Shown here in pieces: positions 32,602-41,391 of a DNA stretch of 64,000 bases. The stretch is from NCBI GenBank assembly GCA_963555825.3, contig CAUVXB020000001.1, positions 1,376,001 to 1,440,000 of the forward strand, in the 5' to 3' direction. Each line of letters begins with the position of its first letter. The first letter of the stretch is position 1. The position numbers were made by a program, and so were the translations under genes. This DNA comes from Alphaproteobacteria bacterium. Lineage in GTDB: Bacteria; Pseudomonadota; Alphaproteobacteria; JAAXGF01. The notes below the pieces were generated by a model. The model saw only the letters and a program-made list of their open reading frames with translations, was not told the DNA's origin and did no database searches.

Positions 32602-32898
32602 CTACGCCACCGCGATCTGCGCGGCCGGCGCCTGATGCGCCATCCGGCCCAGATGGACCAGGCCGGCGCAGCGTAGAAGCGAGGTGAAATTCCGCACCTC
32701 GCCATGATGCTCGAGCACTTCCGAGTGCAGCTTCGAGATGAACAATGGCACGGAGAGATCCTCAGCCTCGGCGATATCGGTCAGCACGTCCCAGAAAGCG
32801 CGCTCCAGCCGGATGCTCGTCGACTGGCCGTTAAGCCGGAGCGATCGGGTCTCATACTCATAGACTGCCGGATCCTGACCGGCGAACATCTGGCACAT
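32602..32898 (-). CDS. ribbon-helix-helix (RHH_4-like) protein
   Basis: RSLRLNGQSTSIRLE..FW and NFTSLLR motifs. Confidence 0.85.
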   Translation of the reverse strand: MCQMFAGQDPAVYEYETRSLRLNGQSTSIRLERAFWDVLTDIAEAEDLSVPLFISKLHSEVLEHHGEVRNFTSLLRCAGLVHLGRMAHQAPAAQIAVA

Positions 32899-33109
32899 GA
32901 AAATTCCTCCCTGATTTTGGCAAGGATTATTGTTCACATTTGCCGTCAACGCAACAGGAGGTGGCGTTTGGGCGGGAACGGGAGAAGTTTCGACGACGTC
33001 TATAGGACCGCGTTCTTGCGGGTCCGCTAGCCGCCTGGAATGCTCCTGAGGGAAACTTGATCCAAGGCTCTGACAGCGCGGATCGCCGGTTCGCGCCTTA
33101 TACCAAGGA

Positions 33110-34588
33110 TCAGACGTCGTCGAGCGGCCAGACCGGGCGGCGGAGTTTCTTGAAGTCGAACTTGGTCAGGTCACGGGTCGCGAGGCTCCCTGAATCGACC
33201 AGCATGACGTCGCGCGCGATCGGCTCGAAGGCGGCGCGGAAATGGTGCGCCGACTTGACCGCGACGACGGCGCAGGCCGCCGGGTCGATGCCCTGGCTCA
33301 GGAACACCTGGCGATCGGTCACTTGTTGGTTGTTGGTGGCGATCACCGCGCGCACGCCGCCGACCCGGAGCACCGCCGTCGGCCCCATCGAACACGCCTC
33401 GCCGGTCAGCATCGGGCCGTCGCAGACGTAGGCGCCGTCGCTCAGCCGCTCGACCATGCCGGTGACGGCGAGCGGCGGGCCGTAATGCGCCGGATCGACC
33501 TTGGCGCCGAGCGAGAGCGTCACTTCGGCGCCCTCGCCCGCCGCCTGGCACGCCGCGACCGCCGCCGGGTCGGCGACGACGCCCAACACCGCGTTGTCTA
33601 GCCCGGCCTCGATCATCGCGGCGAGTAGGCGCACCGAATCACCGTAGCCGCCCGAGCCCGGGTTGTCGGTGAAGTCGGCCAGCACGAGCGGCGCGCCATC
33701 CGCCCCCGCCTTGGCCGCGGCGATGCCGTCGGCGATCTCGTGAATTGACACGGTGATCTCCTTGCGCGTCGCCCAGATGTCGGCCATCAGATCGTCGGCG
33801 ACGGCGCGGTAACGCGCGTCCTCGCCGTCGCCGACCACCGTCACGGTCGGCCCGGCGAAGGCGATGTCGGCGAAGGTGAATCCGGAGCAAACCGTGACCG
33901 CGAGCACGCCGGGATCGTGCGCGACGTGGCGCGCCGCCTTGTCGAGCAGCGCGACCATCGGCCCGAACTGGGTCTGGCCGTGATTACAGCCCTCGAAGAC
34001 GGCGCCGCGCACCACGGTCGCGCGCGGCTGGATGCGGCCCGCCATGGCGCCCTCGAGCAGATCGGCGGCCTCGCTGGCGATCTCGTACTGGTCGATATGC
34101 GGATAGGTGCGATAGGCCAGCACGATGTTGGCGAGCGCCGCCATCGCGTCGGACACGTTGGCGTGCAGGTCGAGCGTGATGGCGATCGGCACCGCGTCGC
34201 CGAGCCGGTCGCGCAGGCGGCGCAGCAGGTCGCCCTCGGCGTCGTCGTGGTCCTCGGTCACCATGGCGCCGTGCAGCGCCAGCAGCACGCCGTCGAACGG
34301 GCCGTCGTCGCAGGCCTCGATGACGGCGCCCGAGAGATGCGCCCAGGCCTCGGCCGTCGTCTTGCCCGACGGCGTCGCGCGCGCCGCGATCGGCTGCACG
34401 AGCCGCCAGCCGTGACGTTCGGCCGCATCGATATGGGCGGCGATCTCGGACGCCGTGCCGGCCATCGCGCGCGCGACATCGGCGTCCCGGTAGTAGAGCC
34501 GCGTACGATAGGAGTCGAGCGTCGTCGGCAGCACGCTGAACGTGTTGGTCTCGTGGCCGATCTCGGCTGACAGAACGCGTCGGGTCAT
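33110..34588 (-). CDS. M81-family (MlrC-like) metallopeptidase
   Basis: HETNTFS, LHGAM, LDLHAN, YRTYPHID, DNPGSG and VKSAHHF motifs. Confidence 0.92.
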   Translation of the reverse strand: MTRRVLSAEIGHETNTFSVLPTTLDSYRTRLYYRDADVARAMAGTASEIAAHIDAAERHGWRLVQPIAARATPSGKTTAEAWAHLSGAVIEACDDGPFDGVLLALHGAMVTEDHDDAEGDLLRRLRDRLGDAVPIAITLDLHANVSDAMAALANIVLAYRTYPHIDQYEIASEAADLLEGAMAGRIQPRATVVRGAVFEGCNHGQTQFGPMVALLDKAARHVAHDPGVLAVTVCSGFTFADIAFAGPTVTVVGDGEDARYRAVADDLMADIWATRKEITVSIHEIADGIAAAKAGADGAPLVLADFTDNPGSGGYGDSVRLLAAMIEAGLDNAVLGVVADPAAVAACQAAGEGAEVTLSLGAKVDPAHYGPPLAVTGMVERLSDGAYVCDGPMLTGEACSMGPTAVLRVGGVRAVIATNNQQVTDRQVFLSQGIDPAACAVVAVKSAHHFRAAFEPIARDVMLVDSGSLATRDLTKFDFKKLRRPVWPLDDV

Positions 34589-34713
34589 GGCGAGCTCTCG
34601 CGACGTGATCGGGCCATTAGGCGATCCCATGTTAGCACGCACGGGCGGCGACACGGTTGCCATTCCCGACGATAGCCGCGATCATTCGGGCGGACACAAC
34701 CGGGACGCTCGAC

Positions 34714-35373
34714 GTGACCGAACAAGCTACCCAGGAACTGGCTACTCGCGTCGCCGCGTTGGCGACCAGCACGCTCGCCAACGCGCTCGACGAGGTCGGC
34801 CTCCACGCCAACGTCATGCCGTCGATCAAGCGCGTCGCGCCGGGCTTCCGCTTGGCCGGCCCGGCGGTAACGGTCAGGGAAGAGGTCGGTGATTACGGCA
34901 GCTTCGGCTCCGACGACTTCAAGGTCGGCGCCATGATCGACGCGGCGGAATCCGGCAACGTCATCGTCGTCGCGGCCGGCGGCGCCCCCTACTCGACCTG
35001 GGGCGGCATGGCGTCCTACGCGGCGAAGCTCAAGGGTATTGCCGGACTGGTCGTCGACGGCGGCGTGCGCGATCTCGAGGAGATCGTCGATTTCGGTTTC
35101 GCCGTCTTCGCCCGCCATATGGTGCCGACGACCGGGCGCACGCGGCTCAAGGTCGCGGCGATCAATGAACCGGTGGTGGTCGACGGCGTCAATGTCGCGC
35201 CCGGCGACGTCGTCGCCGCCGACGGCACCGGCATCGTCGTGCTGCCCGCCGCGCGGGCCGAGGAGATCACCAGGCTGGCCGAAGCCTTCGCGCGCGATGA
35301 CGCCGCGGCGATGGCCGAAATGGACAAGGGCCTCTCGTTCAGCGACGCGATGGCCAAGTTCAAGAAGATCTGA
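34714..35373 (+). CDS. RraA/HMG-aldolase family protein
   Basis: AGPAVTV, WGGM, DGGVRD and PGDVVAADGTG motifs. Confidence 0.88.
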   Translation: MTEQATQELATRVAALATSTLANALDEVGLHANVMPSIKRVAPGFRLAGPAVTVREEVGDYGSFGSDDFKVGAMIDAAESGNVIVVAAGGAPYSTWGGMASYAAKLKGIAGLVVDGGVRDLEEIVDFGFAVFARHMVPTTGRTRLKVAAINEPVVVDGVNVAPGDVVAADGTGIVVLPAARAEEITRLAEAFARDDAAAMAEMDKGLSFSDAMAKFKKI

Positions 35374-35377
35374 GCGC

Positions 35378-36964
35378 ATGGCGGGCACCCTGGCCGAAGC
35401 CATCGCCGAAGAACTCGTGGGACGCGGCGTCCGGCGCATTTTCGGCATCCCGGGCGGCGGCTCGAACCTCGAGCTGATCGAGGCCGTCGGCCGGCGTGGC
35501 ATCGAATTCGTGCTGACCCGTACCGAAACCGCGGCGGCAATCATGGCCGCGGTCACCGGCGAGCTGACCGGCGTGCCCGGCGTCGCGTTGACCGGCGTCG
35601 GCCCGGGCGCAGCGAGCGCGGTCAACGGCGTCGCCTACGCCGCGCTCGAGCGCGCGCCGATGATCCTGTTCACCGACGGGCCGGCCGCCTCGCAACATCA
35701 GGCGTTCGACCAGAACACGCTGTTCCGGCCGGTCAGCAAAGCACAGGCGCGATTGCGCCCCGATGACGGCCGTGGGCGGCTCGCCGAGTTGATCGACGAC
35801 GCCTGCCGGCTACCGCGCGGACCAGTCCACGTCGATCTGACCGAGTCCGACGCGCGGGCCGTCGCCACCGACAGCCGCCCGGAACCGGTCGCCTCCGTGC
35901 CCGCGCTGATCGACGGGGACGCACTCGAGAGCGCACGGGCGCTGATCAGCGCGAGCCGCCGGCCGGTCATCATCGCCGGCATGGAGGCGCGCTACGCCGA
36001 CGCTGACGCCACGCTCGGGCGCCTCGCCGACGCGCTCGGTTGCCCGGTCCTGCTGACGTACAAGGCCAAGGGCTGCCTTGCCGACGCCGATCCGCACATG
36101 GTCGGCCTGTTCACCGGCGCGAGCGCCGAGGCGGCGTGTCTGGGGCGCGCCGACCTCATCGTGCTGTACGGCTTCGATCCGGTCGAGAAAATCCCCAGTC
36201 CCTGGTACTACACGGCCCAGGTGCTCGATTTATTTCCGGGGCCCAAGGCGCCCAACCCGATGGTGACTGCGGCAACCTTGACCGCGCCCCTGAGCGACGC
36301 GGTCGAGATACTGCTGTCGGCGGCGACGCCGTCGGACTGGACCGGCGAAGACATCGCAGAGCTGCGCCGCGATTTGCGCGACCGCCTGGCGCTCGCCGGT
36401 GACGGCCATACCGTGGCGACGGTCGTCGACGCGCTTGCCGCCAGGGCGCCCGACGGTTGCCGGCTGACCGTCGATGCCGGTGCGCATATGTTTTCGGCTA
36501 TGGGGCTCTGGCAGGCCACCGCGCCGCATGACGTTCTCAAGTCCAACGGCCTCTCGACGATGGGTTTCGCAGTGCCCGCGGCGATCGCGGCGGCGCTCGA
36601 AACACCCGAGCGGCCAGTCGTCGCGCTGACCGGCGATGGCGGTTTGATGATGTGCCTCGGCGAACTGGCGACGGCGGCCGAACACGACCTCAAGGTCGTG
36701 ACGATCGTGCTCAACGACGGCGCGTTGTCGCTGATCGACATCAAGCAACAGAGCCGCCAGCACCCAGTGGCAGGCGTGCGCTATCCGACAATCGATTTCG
36801 CCGTCGCGGGGCTGGCGATGGGCTGTGCCGCATGGCGCGTCGGTCGCGGCGAACCGTTGGCTGACGTCATCACAGAAGCGTTCGAAGCCGCGGGGCCGGC
36901 ACTCATCGACGTCGACGTCGATCCGGTCGGCTACGGCGATCAGCTTTCGGCGCTGCGCGGCTGA
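35378..36964 (+). CDS. thiamine pyrophosphate-dependent enzyme (acetolactate synthase-like)
   Basis: FGIPGG, GPG, TMGFAVPAA and GDGG...LND TPP motif. Confidence 0.9.
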   Translation: MAGTLAEAIAEELVGRGVRRIFGIPGGGSNLELIEAVGRRGIEFVLTRTETAAAIMAAVTGELTGVPGVALTGVGPGAASAVNGVAYAALERAPMILFTDGPAASQHQAFDQNTLFRPVSKAQARLRPDDGRGRLAELIDDACRLPRGPVHVDLTESDARAVATDSRPEPVASVPALIDGDALESARALISASRRPVIIAGMEARYADADATLGRLADALGCPVLLTYKAKGCLADADPHMVGLFTGASAEAACLGRADLIVLYGFDPVEKIPSPWYYTAQVLDLFPGPKAPNPMVTAATLTAPLSDAVEILLSAATPSDWTGEDIAELRRDLRDRLALAGDGHTVATVVDALAARAPDGCRLTVDAGAHMFSAMGLWQATAPHDVLKSNGLSTMGFAVPAAIAAALETPERPVVALTGDGGLMMCLGELATAAEHDLKVVTIVLNDGALSLIDIKQQSRQHPVAGVRYPTIDFAVAGLAMGCAAWRVGRGEPLADVITEAFEAAGPALIDVDVDPVGYGDQLSALRG

Positions 36965-36973
36965 AGCGCCGCG

Positions 36974-37099
36974 CTATTCCTTGAGCTTCGCGAGCACCGC
37001 CTCGATGGCGGCGGCGCGTTGTTCGAGCGTATCGATCTCGTCGATCAGTTGCGCCTTCGTCATGCGAAGGCGGCGCTCCCTGAGCATGGCTGTATCCAT
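36974..37099 (-). CDS. small coiled-coil protein, 41 aa
   Basis: MDTAMLRERRLRMTKAQLIDEIDTLEQRAAAIEAVLAKLKE*, with a GAGGAG RBS upstream. Too short for the ORF track. Confidence 0.55.
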   Translation of the reverse strand: MDTAMLRERRLRMTKAQLIDEIDTLEQRAAAIEAVLAKLKE

Positions 37100-37204
37100 C
37101 ACGGCGCGTCTCCTCGCAAACCGTCGTAATCAAAGGGAATTCGTGAGCCCGGACGTTATCACATCGGGCCATTTGCAGGGAACGTCAGGCGTCACACCCG
37201 GGCC

Positions 37205-37255
37205 AGTACTCCCTGGCACGATTCCGCGGCACGTAGGATCGTGCAAGTGAGTACT
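37205..37255. repeat. collapsed 51-bp derivative of the element at 54920-55180
   Basis: AGTACTCCCTGGCACGATTCCGCGGCACGTAGGATCGTGCAAGTGAGTACT is the left TIR joined to the outer part of the right TIR. Confidence 0.85.
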
Positions 37256-38492
37256 AGAGCGCCGCGTAGTCGATCGGCTCGCCTTTGTTGATGCGGCGCG
37301 TGACCGGCGGCATCGGGTATTTGAGGCCCGAGCCGCAGTTGAACAGCACCGCCGATTCGTCGGCGCCGATGCGGCCGTCGGCGAGCGCCGCCTTGTAGGC
37401 CGCGTAGGTCGCCGCGCCCTCGGGACAGAGATGCATGCCTTCCTCGGCGGCGACCTCGGCGCGCGACGCTTCGATCTCCGCGTCGGGCACGGCGATGGCG
37501 AAGCCGCCGCTCTCGCGCACCGCGCGCAGGATCAGGAAGTCGCCGACCGCGACCGGCACGCGCACGCCGGCGGCGATGGTCTGCGCGTTCTCCCACGGCT
37601 CGGCGAATTCGTCGCCTTGCTCCCAGGCGCGCACGATCGGCGCGCAGCCGGTCGACTGCACGGCGACCATGCGCGGACGCTTGTCGTCGATCCAGCCCAT
37701 CTTGCCGAGCTCGTCGAACACTTTCCACATGCCGATCAGCCCGGTGCCGCCACCGGTCGGGTAGAGGATGACGTCGGGCAGCTGCCAGCCGAGCTGGTCG
37801 GCGAGCTCGAGCCCCATGGTCTTCTTGCCCTCGATGCGGTAGGGCTCCTTGAGGGTCGAGGCGTCGAACCAGCCCATCGCCTCCTTGCCGTCGCCGACGA
37901 TCTTGCCGCAGTCGTTGATCAGGCCGTCGACGATGCGCACCACCGTGGCGCCCTGAAAGGCGATCTCGCTGATCGCGATCTCGGGCGCGTCGTCGGGCAG
38001 AAAGACATAGGATTCCATGCCCGCGCGGCTGCAATAGGCGGCCAGCGCGGCGCCCGCGTTGCCGGCGGTCGGTATCGCCATGCGCGTGACGCCCAGCTCC
38101 TTGGCCATCGACACCGCCATGCCGAGGCCGCGCGCCTTGAACGAGCCGGTCGGCAGGCGCCCCTCGTCCTTGGTCGAGAGCGGACCGCCGCCGAGCTTGG
38201 CGCGCAGCCGCGGCAAGTCGATGACCGGCGTCGCGATCTCGCCGAGCGAGACGATGTTCGCGGCGCGCCGGACCGGCAGGAACTCGCGATAGCGCCACAT
38301 GTCGGCCGGGCGCGCCGCGATCGTCGCCTTGTCGATCGCCTCGGCCAGCGCGTCGAGGTCATAGCGCACCAACAGCGGCTTGCCCGCCCGTGACAGGCCC
38401 TGAAGTGTATCCGCCTCATAGCGCTCGCCGGTCAGTCCGCATTCCAAATGGGTGACGAAGGTTGGGCGCTCTTCGGTGGTATTGATGCTCAT
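37254..38492 (-). CDS. thrC: threonine synthase (PLP fold II)
   Basis: PTGSFKARG, TAGNAG, EGKKTMG and YPTGGGTG motifs. Confidence 0.8.
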   Translation of the reverse strand: MSINTTEERPTFVTHLECGLTGERYEADTLQGLSRAGKPLLVRYDLDALAEAIDKATIAARPADMWRYREFLPVRRAANIVSLGEIATPVIDLPRLRAKLGGGPLSTKDEGRLPTGSFKARGLGMAVSMAKELGVTRMAIPTAGNAGAALAAYCSRAGMESYVFLPDDAPEIAISEIAFQGATVVRIVDGLINDCGKIVGDGKEAMGWFDASTLKEPYRIEGKKTMGLELADQLGWQLPDVILYPTGGGTGLIGMWKVFDELGKMGWIDDKRPRMVAVQSTGCAPIVRAWEQGDEFAEPWENAQTIAAGVRVPVAVGDFLILRAVRESGGFAIAVPDAEIEASRAEVAAEEGMHLCPEGAATYAAYKAALADGRIGADESAVLFNCGSGLKYPMPPVTRRINKGEPIDYAAL

Positions 38493-38645
38493 GCTTGGCT
38501 CCCGGTCTGTTGGCTACCCCCGACCCTAGACATTCGCCAAGGGGGCGACAACGGTGAAGCGGCTGATCACGGTGAATTCAATTGACCGGGTCGGCGCCAA
38601 GGACTTGAATAACCGCTCGTGCTTCGAAGTCCGGGGACCTCGACC

Positions 38646-38906
38646 ATGACCAATCGCCTGATTCTGCCCCTTGCCGTTGCCGCCGTCGGCCTCGTGACTT
38701 TCGGCCTGCCGCTCGCCGTCAACGCCGCCGACGAGACCTGCAGTTGCTCGGCGCGCAAGGAATGGGTCGCGATCCGCGCCGCCGAGATGCGCGCCGAACG
38801 CGAAGCGGCGGCCAAGGCCGAGGCGGAAGCCGTCGCCGAGAAGGCGGCAGCCGAAGAACAGACCAGCGCGACCGAGCCGCAGGCCGCGTCGCAAAGCGGC
38901 GGCTGA
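38646..38906 (+). CDS. small secreted hypothetical protein (CSCS motif, Ala/Glu-rich tail)
   Basis: Signal peptide ending AVNA and GC-typical codon usage. Confidence 0.6.
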   Translation: MTNRLILPLAVAAVGLVTFGLPLAVNAADETCSCSARKEWVAIRAAEMRAEREAAAKAEAEAVAEKAAAEEQTSATEPQAASQSGG

Positions 38907-38945
38907 ACGGTCGCCCCCTTACAACGCCGAGAGGAGGCGTTCGAA

Positions 38946-39134
38946 ATGAGCAAACTCACGATCCCCGTTGTGGCCGCCGTGCTCGTCGGGTTTACCGCGC
39001 CGGCGTTCGCCGGCGAGGGAGGCTGCGGCAGTTACGACGACTCCCAATCGGTGTCGTTACCGCAGCCCGTCGAAACCGCCGATCAGTCGACGCCGGCGCC
39101 TGCCCCGACCACCAAGGACGAGTCGAGCGGCTAG
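38946..39134 (+). CDS. small secreted hypothetical protein
   Basis: GAGGAGG RBS, signal peptide ending APAFA, then GEGGCG. Confidence 0.65.
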   Translation: MSKLTIPVVAAVLVGFTAPAFAGEGGCGSYDDSQSVSLPQPVETADQSTPAPAPTTKDESSG

Positions 39135-39214
39135 CGCTTTCCGGGCCGCATGCCGGCCCGAAGGAAATCTCTTCCCAGGCGGCCCACGCGTTCGCCAGTA
39201 ACAGGGTGACTGCA

Positions 39215-39931
39215 ATGGCGCCGCCGAAGGCCATCTTCCTCGACCTCGACGATACGCTGATCTTCAGCAACGGGCTGCCCGAGCAGGCTTGGCGACTGGT
39301 ACTTGCCGGGTTCGCCGACCGGTTTCCTCGTCGCGACGTCGCGGAGATCCGTGATGCAATCATGGCGGCGTCCAGATGGTTCTGGTCGGAACCGACGCGC
39401 CACCGAACAGGCCGCTGCGACCTGCCCGTCGCGCGTCGCACCATCGTCGGCAACGCGTTCGAGGCGCTCGGCATCGACGACACCGAACTCGCCGACGAGT
39501 TGGCCCGCACGTTCAACGCCCATCGCAAGCGCGCGATGCGGCTCCATCCCGGCGTGCACGAGACATTGGACGCGCTCGCCGGCCGCGGCTTGAAGCTCGC
39601 CCTGGTGACCAACGGCGCCGGCGCGCCACAGCGCGAGAAGATCGCGTGCTTCGACCTCGGCCACCGCTTCGATCATATTCTGATCGAAGGCGAGTTCGGT
39701 ATCGGTAAGCCCGAGCCGCGCGTTTACGAGTTCCTGATGGACCTGTTCGGTGTTGGCGCCCATGAGACATGGATGGTCGGCGACAACCTCGAATGGGAGG
39801 TCGCGGCGCCCCAGCGCCTCGGCATCCTGAGCATCTGGTGCAACCCGCTGGGCGCGCCCTTGCCGGCCGGCAAGGGCATCCGCCCCGACCACGTCATCGG
39901 CGGCGTGCCCGAGCTGTTGGCGCTGTTGTAG
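39215..39931 (+). CDS. HAD-family hydrolase
   Basis: DLDDTL, VTNG, GKP and MVGDNLEWE motifs. Confidence 0.9.
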   Translation: MAPPKAIFLDLDDTLIFSNGLPEQAWRLVLAGFADRFPRRDVAEIRDAIMAASRWFWSEPTRHRTGRCDLPVARRTIVGNAFEALGIDDTELADELARTFNAHRKRAMRLHPGVHETLDALAGRGLKLALVTNGAGAPQREKIACFDLGHRFDHILIEGEFGIGKPEPRVYEFLMDLFGVGAHETWMVGDNLEWEVAAPQRLGILSIWCNPLGAPLPAGKGIRPDHVIGGVPELLALL

Positions 39932-39940
39932 GGAATCTTC

Positions 39941-40549
39941 GTGACAGGCGAGGCTCCCACAGTTATCCGCGCATTCCAGCCGACCGACGCCGAGGCGGTC
40001 CGCCGTCTCTTCATCCGGGTCAACAGGGATCTCGCGCCGCCGGATCAACGCGCGGCGTTCGAGACCTACATCGAGGCCTCGCTTGGCGACGAGATCGACC
40101 GGATCGACGACTACTACCGTCGCGACAGGGGCGGCGAGTTCTGGGTCGTCCGCCGAGGCGGCGGGCTCGCCGGCATGTTCGGCGTCGAGCGGCTGGACCC
40201 ACGTCGTGCCGAGCTTCGCCGGATGTACGTCACGCCCGAGTTCCGCCGGCAAGGGATCGCCCGGCAAATGCTCGACCATGCCGAGCGATACTGTCGTGAC
40301 GCCGGATTCGAAGAGCTAGTCTTGAGCACTTCCGAGGTCCAAATGGCCGCCCTGGCATTCTACCGCGCGGCGGGCTACCGACAGACCGGCGAAGAACGCG
40401 CCGAGACGCGATCGAACAAGACGGTCGGCGGCGGCATAAGACGCTTCCATTTCGTCAAGCCGCTCAAGCCGTCGTTGCCCGACACCGTCAGGGCCGCGGC
40501 GCCCGCTGCTCTTCGCGCGCGAGGTCGGAGGCCCAGCGGCGCGTCGTGA
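39941..40549 (+). CDS. GNAT-family N-acetyltransferase
   Basis: AELRRMYV..FRRQGIA and ALAFYRAAGY motifs. The 3' end overlaps the convergent gene by 62 bp. Confidence 0.85.
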   Translation: MTGEAPTVIRAFQPTDAEAVRRLFIRVNRDLAPPDQRAAFETYIEASLGDEIDRIDDYYRRDRGGEFWVVRRGGGLAGMFGVERLDPRRAELRRMYVTPEFRRQGIARQMLDHAERYCRDAGFEELVLSTSEVQMAALAFYRAAGYRQTGEERAETRSNKTVGGGIRRFHFVKPLKPSLPDTVRAAAPAALRARGRRPSGAS

Positions 40550-41108
40550 CGGGGCCGCGGTCGAACAGGCCGGCCTGGTTGCCCCACGCGTCCCAGCCGG
40601 CGTGGCGCTTGCGCGCGAACATCTCGAGGTAGGGGCCGGGCGTCAGACGCTCGATACGGTCGTAGACCTCGTCGGGCTTGCGGCTGTGCTCGCGCCGGGG
40701 CGCGACGACCAGACGCCGGACGTCCTTGGCTTGGCGTTGCGGATGGCCACGCGTCGCCAACAGGCACTGCTCGGGATTGGCGCGCGTCCAATAGCCGAGG
40801 CCGGTGAACCAGCCCTCGCTGACGCGGTTGCGCTTGGCCCAATAGAAGCCGACCGTCTTGTAGGTGAAACCCCAACGCTTGATCAGCTCGAGGCCCTTGG
40901 GCAGCAACGGGTCGGTAACCCACAGAAGCAGCACCGCGTCGGGCGCCGCCCAGTCGGTAACCGGGATGTCGCAGATGTCGTCGAAGCTCATGCAATTGTA
41001 ATGCGCCTCGGGGCTGCGGCCCTTGCCCTTGGCGCTGTAGGTCGCGAAGGTCCAGGGCGGGTCGGCGTAAATGACGCCGTAGTGACGGCGTCGCGGCATA
41101 TTCAACAT
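40488..41108 (-). CDS. MT-A70-family adenine methyltransferase
   Basis: VIYADPPW, LLLWVT, WGFTYKT, GYWTRANPE, REHSRKPDE, LEMFAR and GWDAWGNQ motifs. Confidence 0.92.
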   Translation of the reverse strand: MLNMPRRRHYGVIYADPPWTFATYSAKGKGRSPEAHYNCMSFDDICDIPVTDWAAPDAVLLLWVTDPLLPKGLELIKRWGFTYKTVGFYWAKRNRVSEGWFTGLGYWTRANPEQCLLATRGHPQRQAKDVRRLVVAPRREHSRKPDEVYDRIERLTPGPYLEMFARKRHAGWDAWGNQAGLFDRGPVTTRRWASDLAREEQRAPRP

Positions 41109-41225
41109 GTTGTGGTCTGACCGGCTGATGACACAAAAGAGTCTTGAATCAGAATAACTTGCATACGCGACTTCGAGTCGCAACTCAAGGTAATTTCGTG
41201 TTTTCAGTCGTTCTGCACCCATCGG

Positions 41226-41280
41226 CTGGAACTACGGATATTCTTTCCCATGGTGTCGTTCTCCCTCTTGGGTTTGCAGC
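41226..41280 (-). repeat. 55-bp exact copy of the IS256 RBS/start region (692-746)
   Basis: Reverse complement is GCTGCAAACCCAAGAGGGAGAACGACACCATGGGAAAGAATATCCGTAGTTCCAG. Confidence 0.9.
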
Positions 41281-41391
41281 GGCGGCATTTTCGCAAGGTT
41301 CGCCTTGAACAACGGCGCACAAATGAGCGACGATGGCCGCGCGCAAATTCACGCATTCGGTTGGTTTGGAGAGATGGATGACCAGTCCCGC

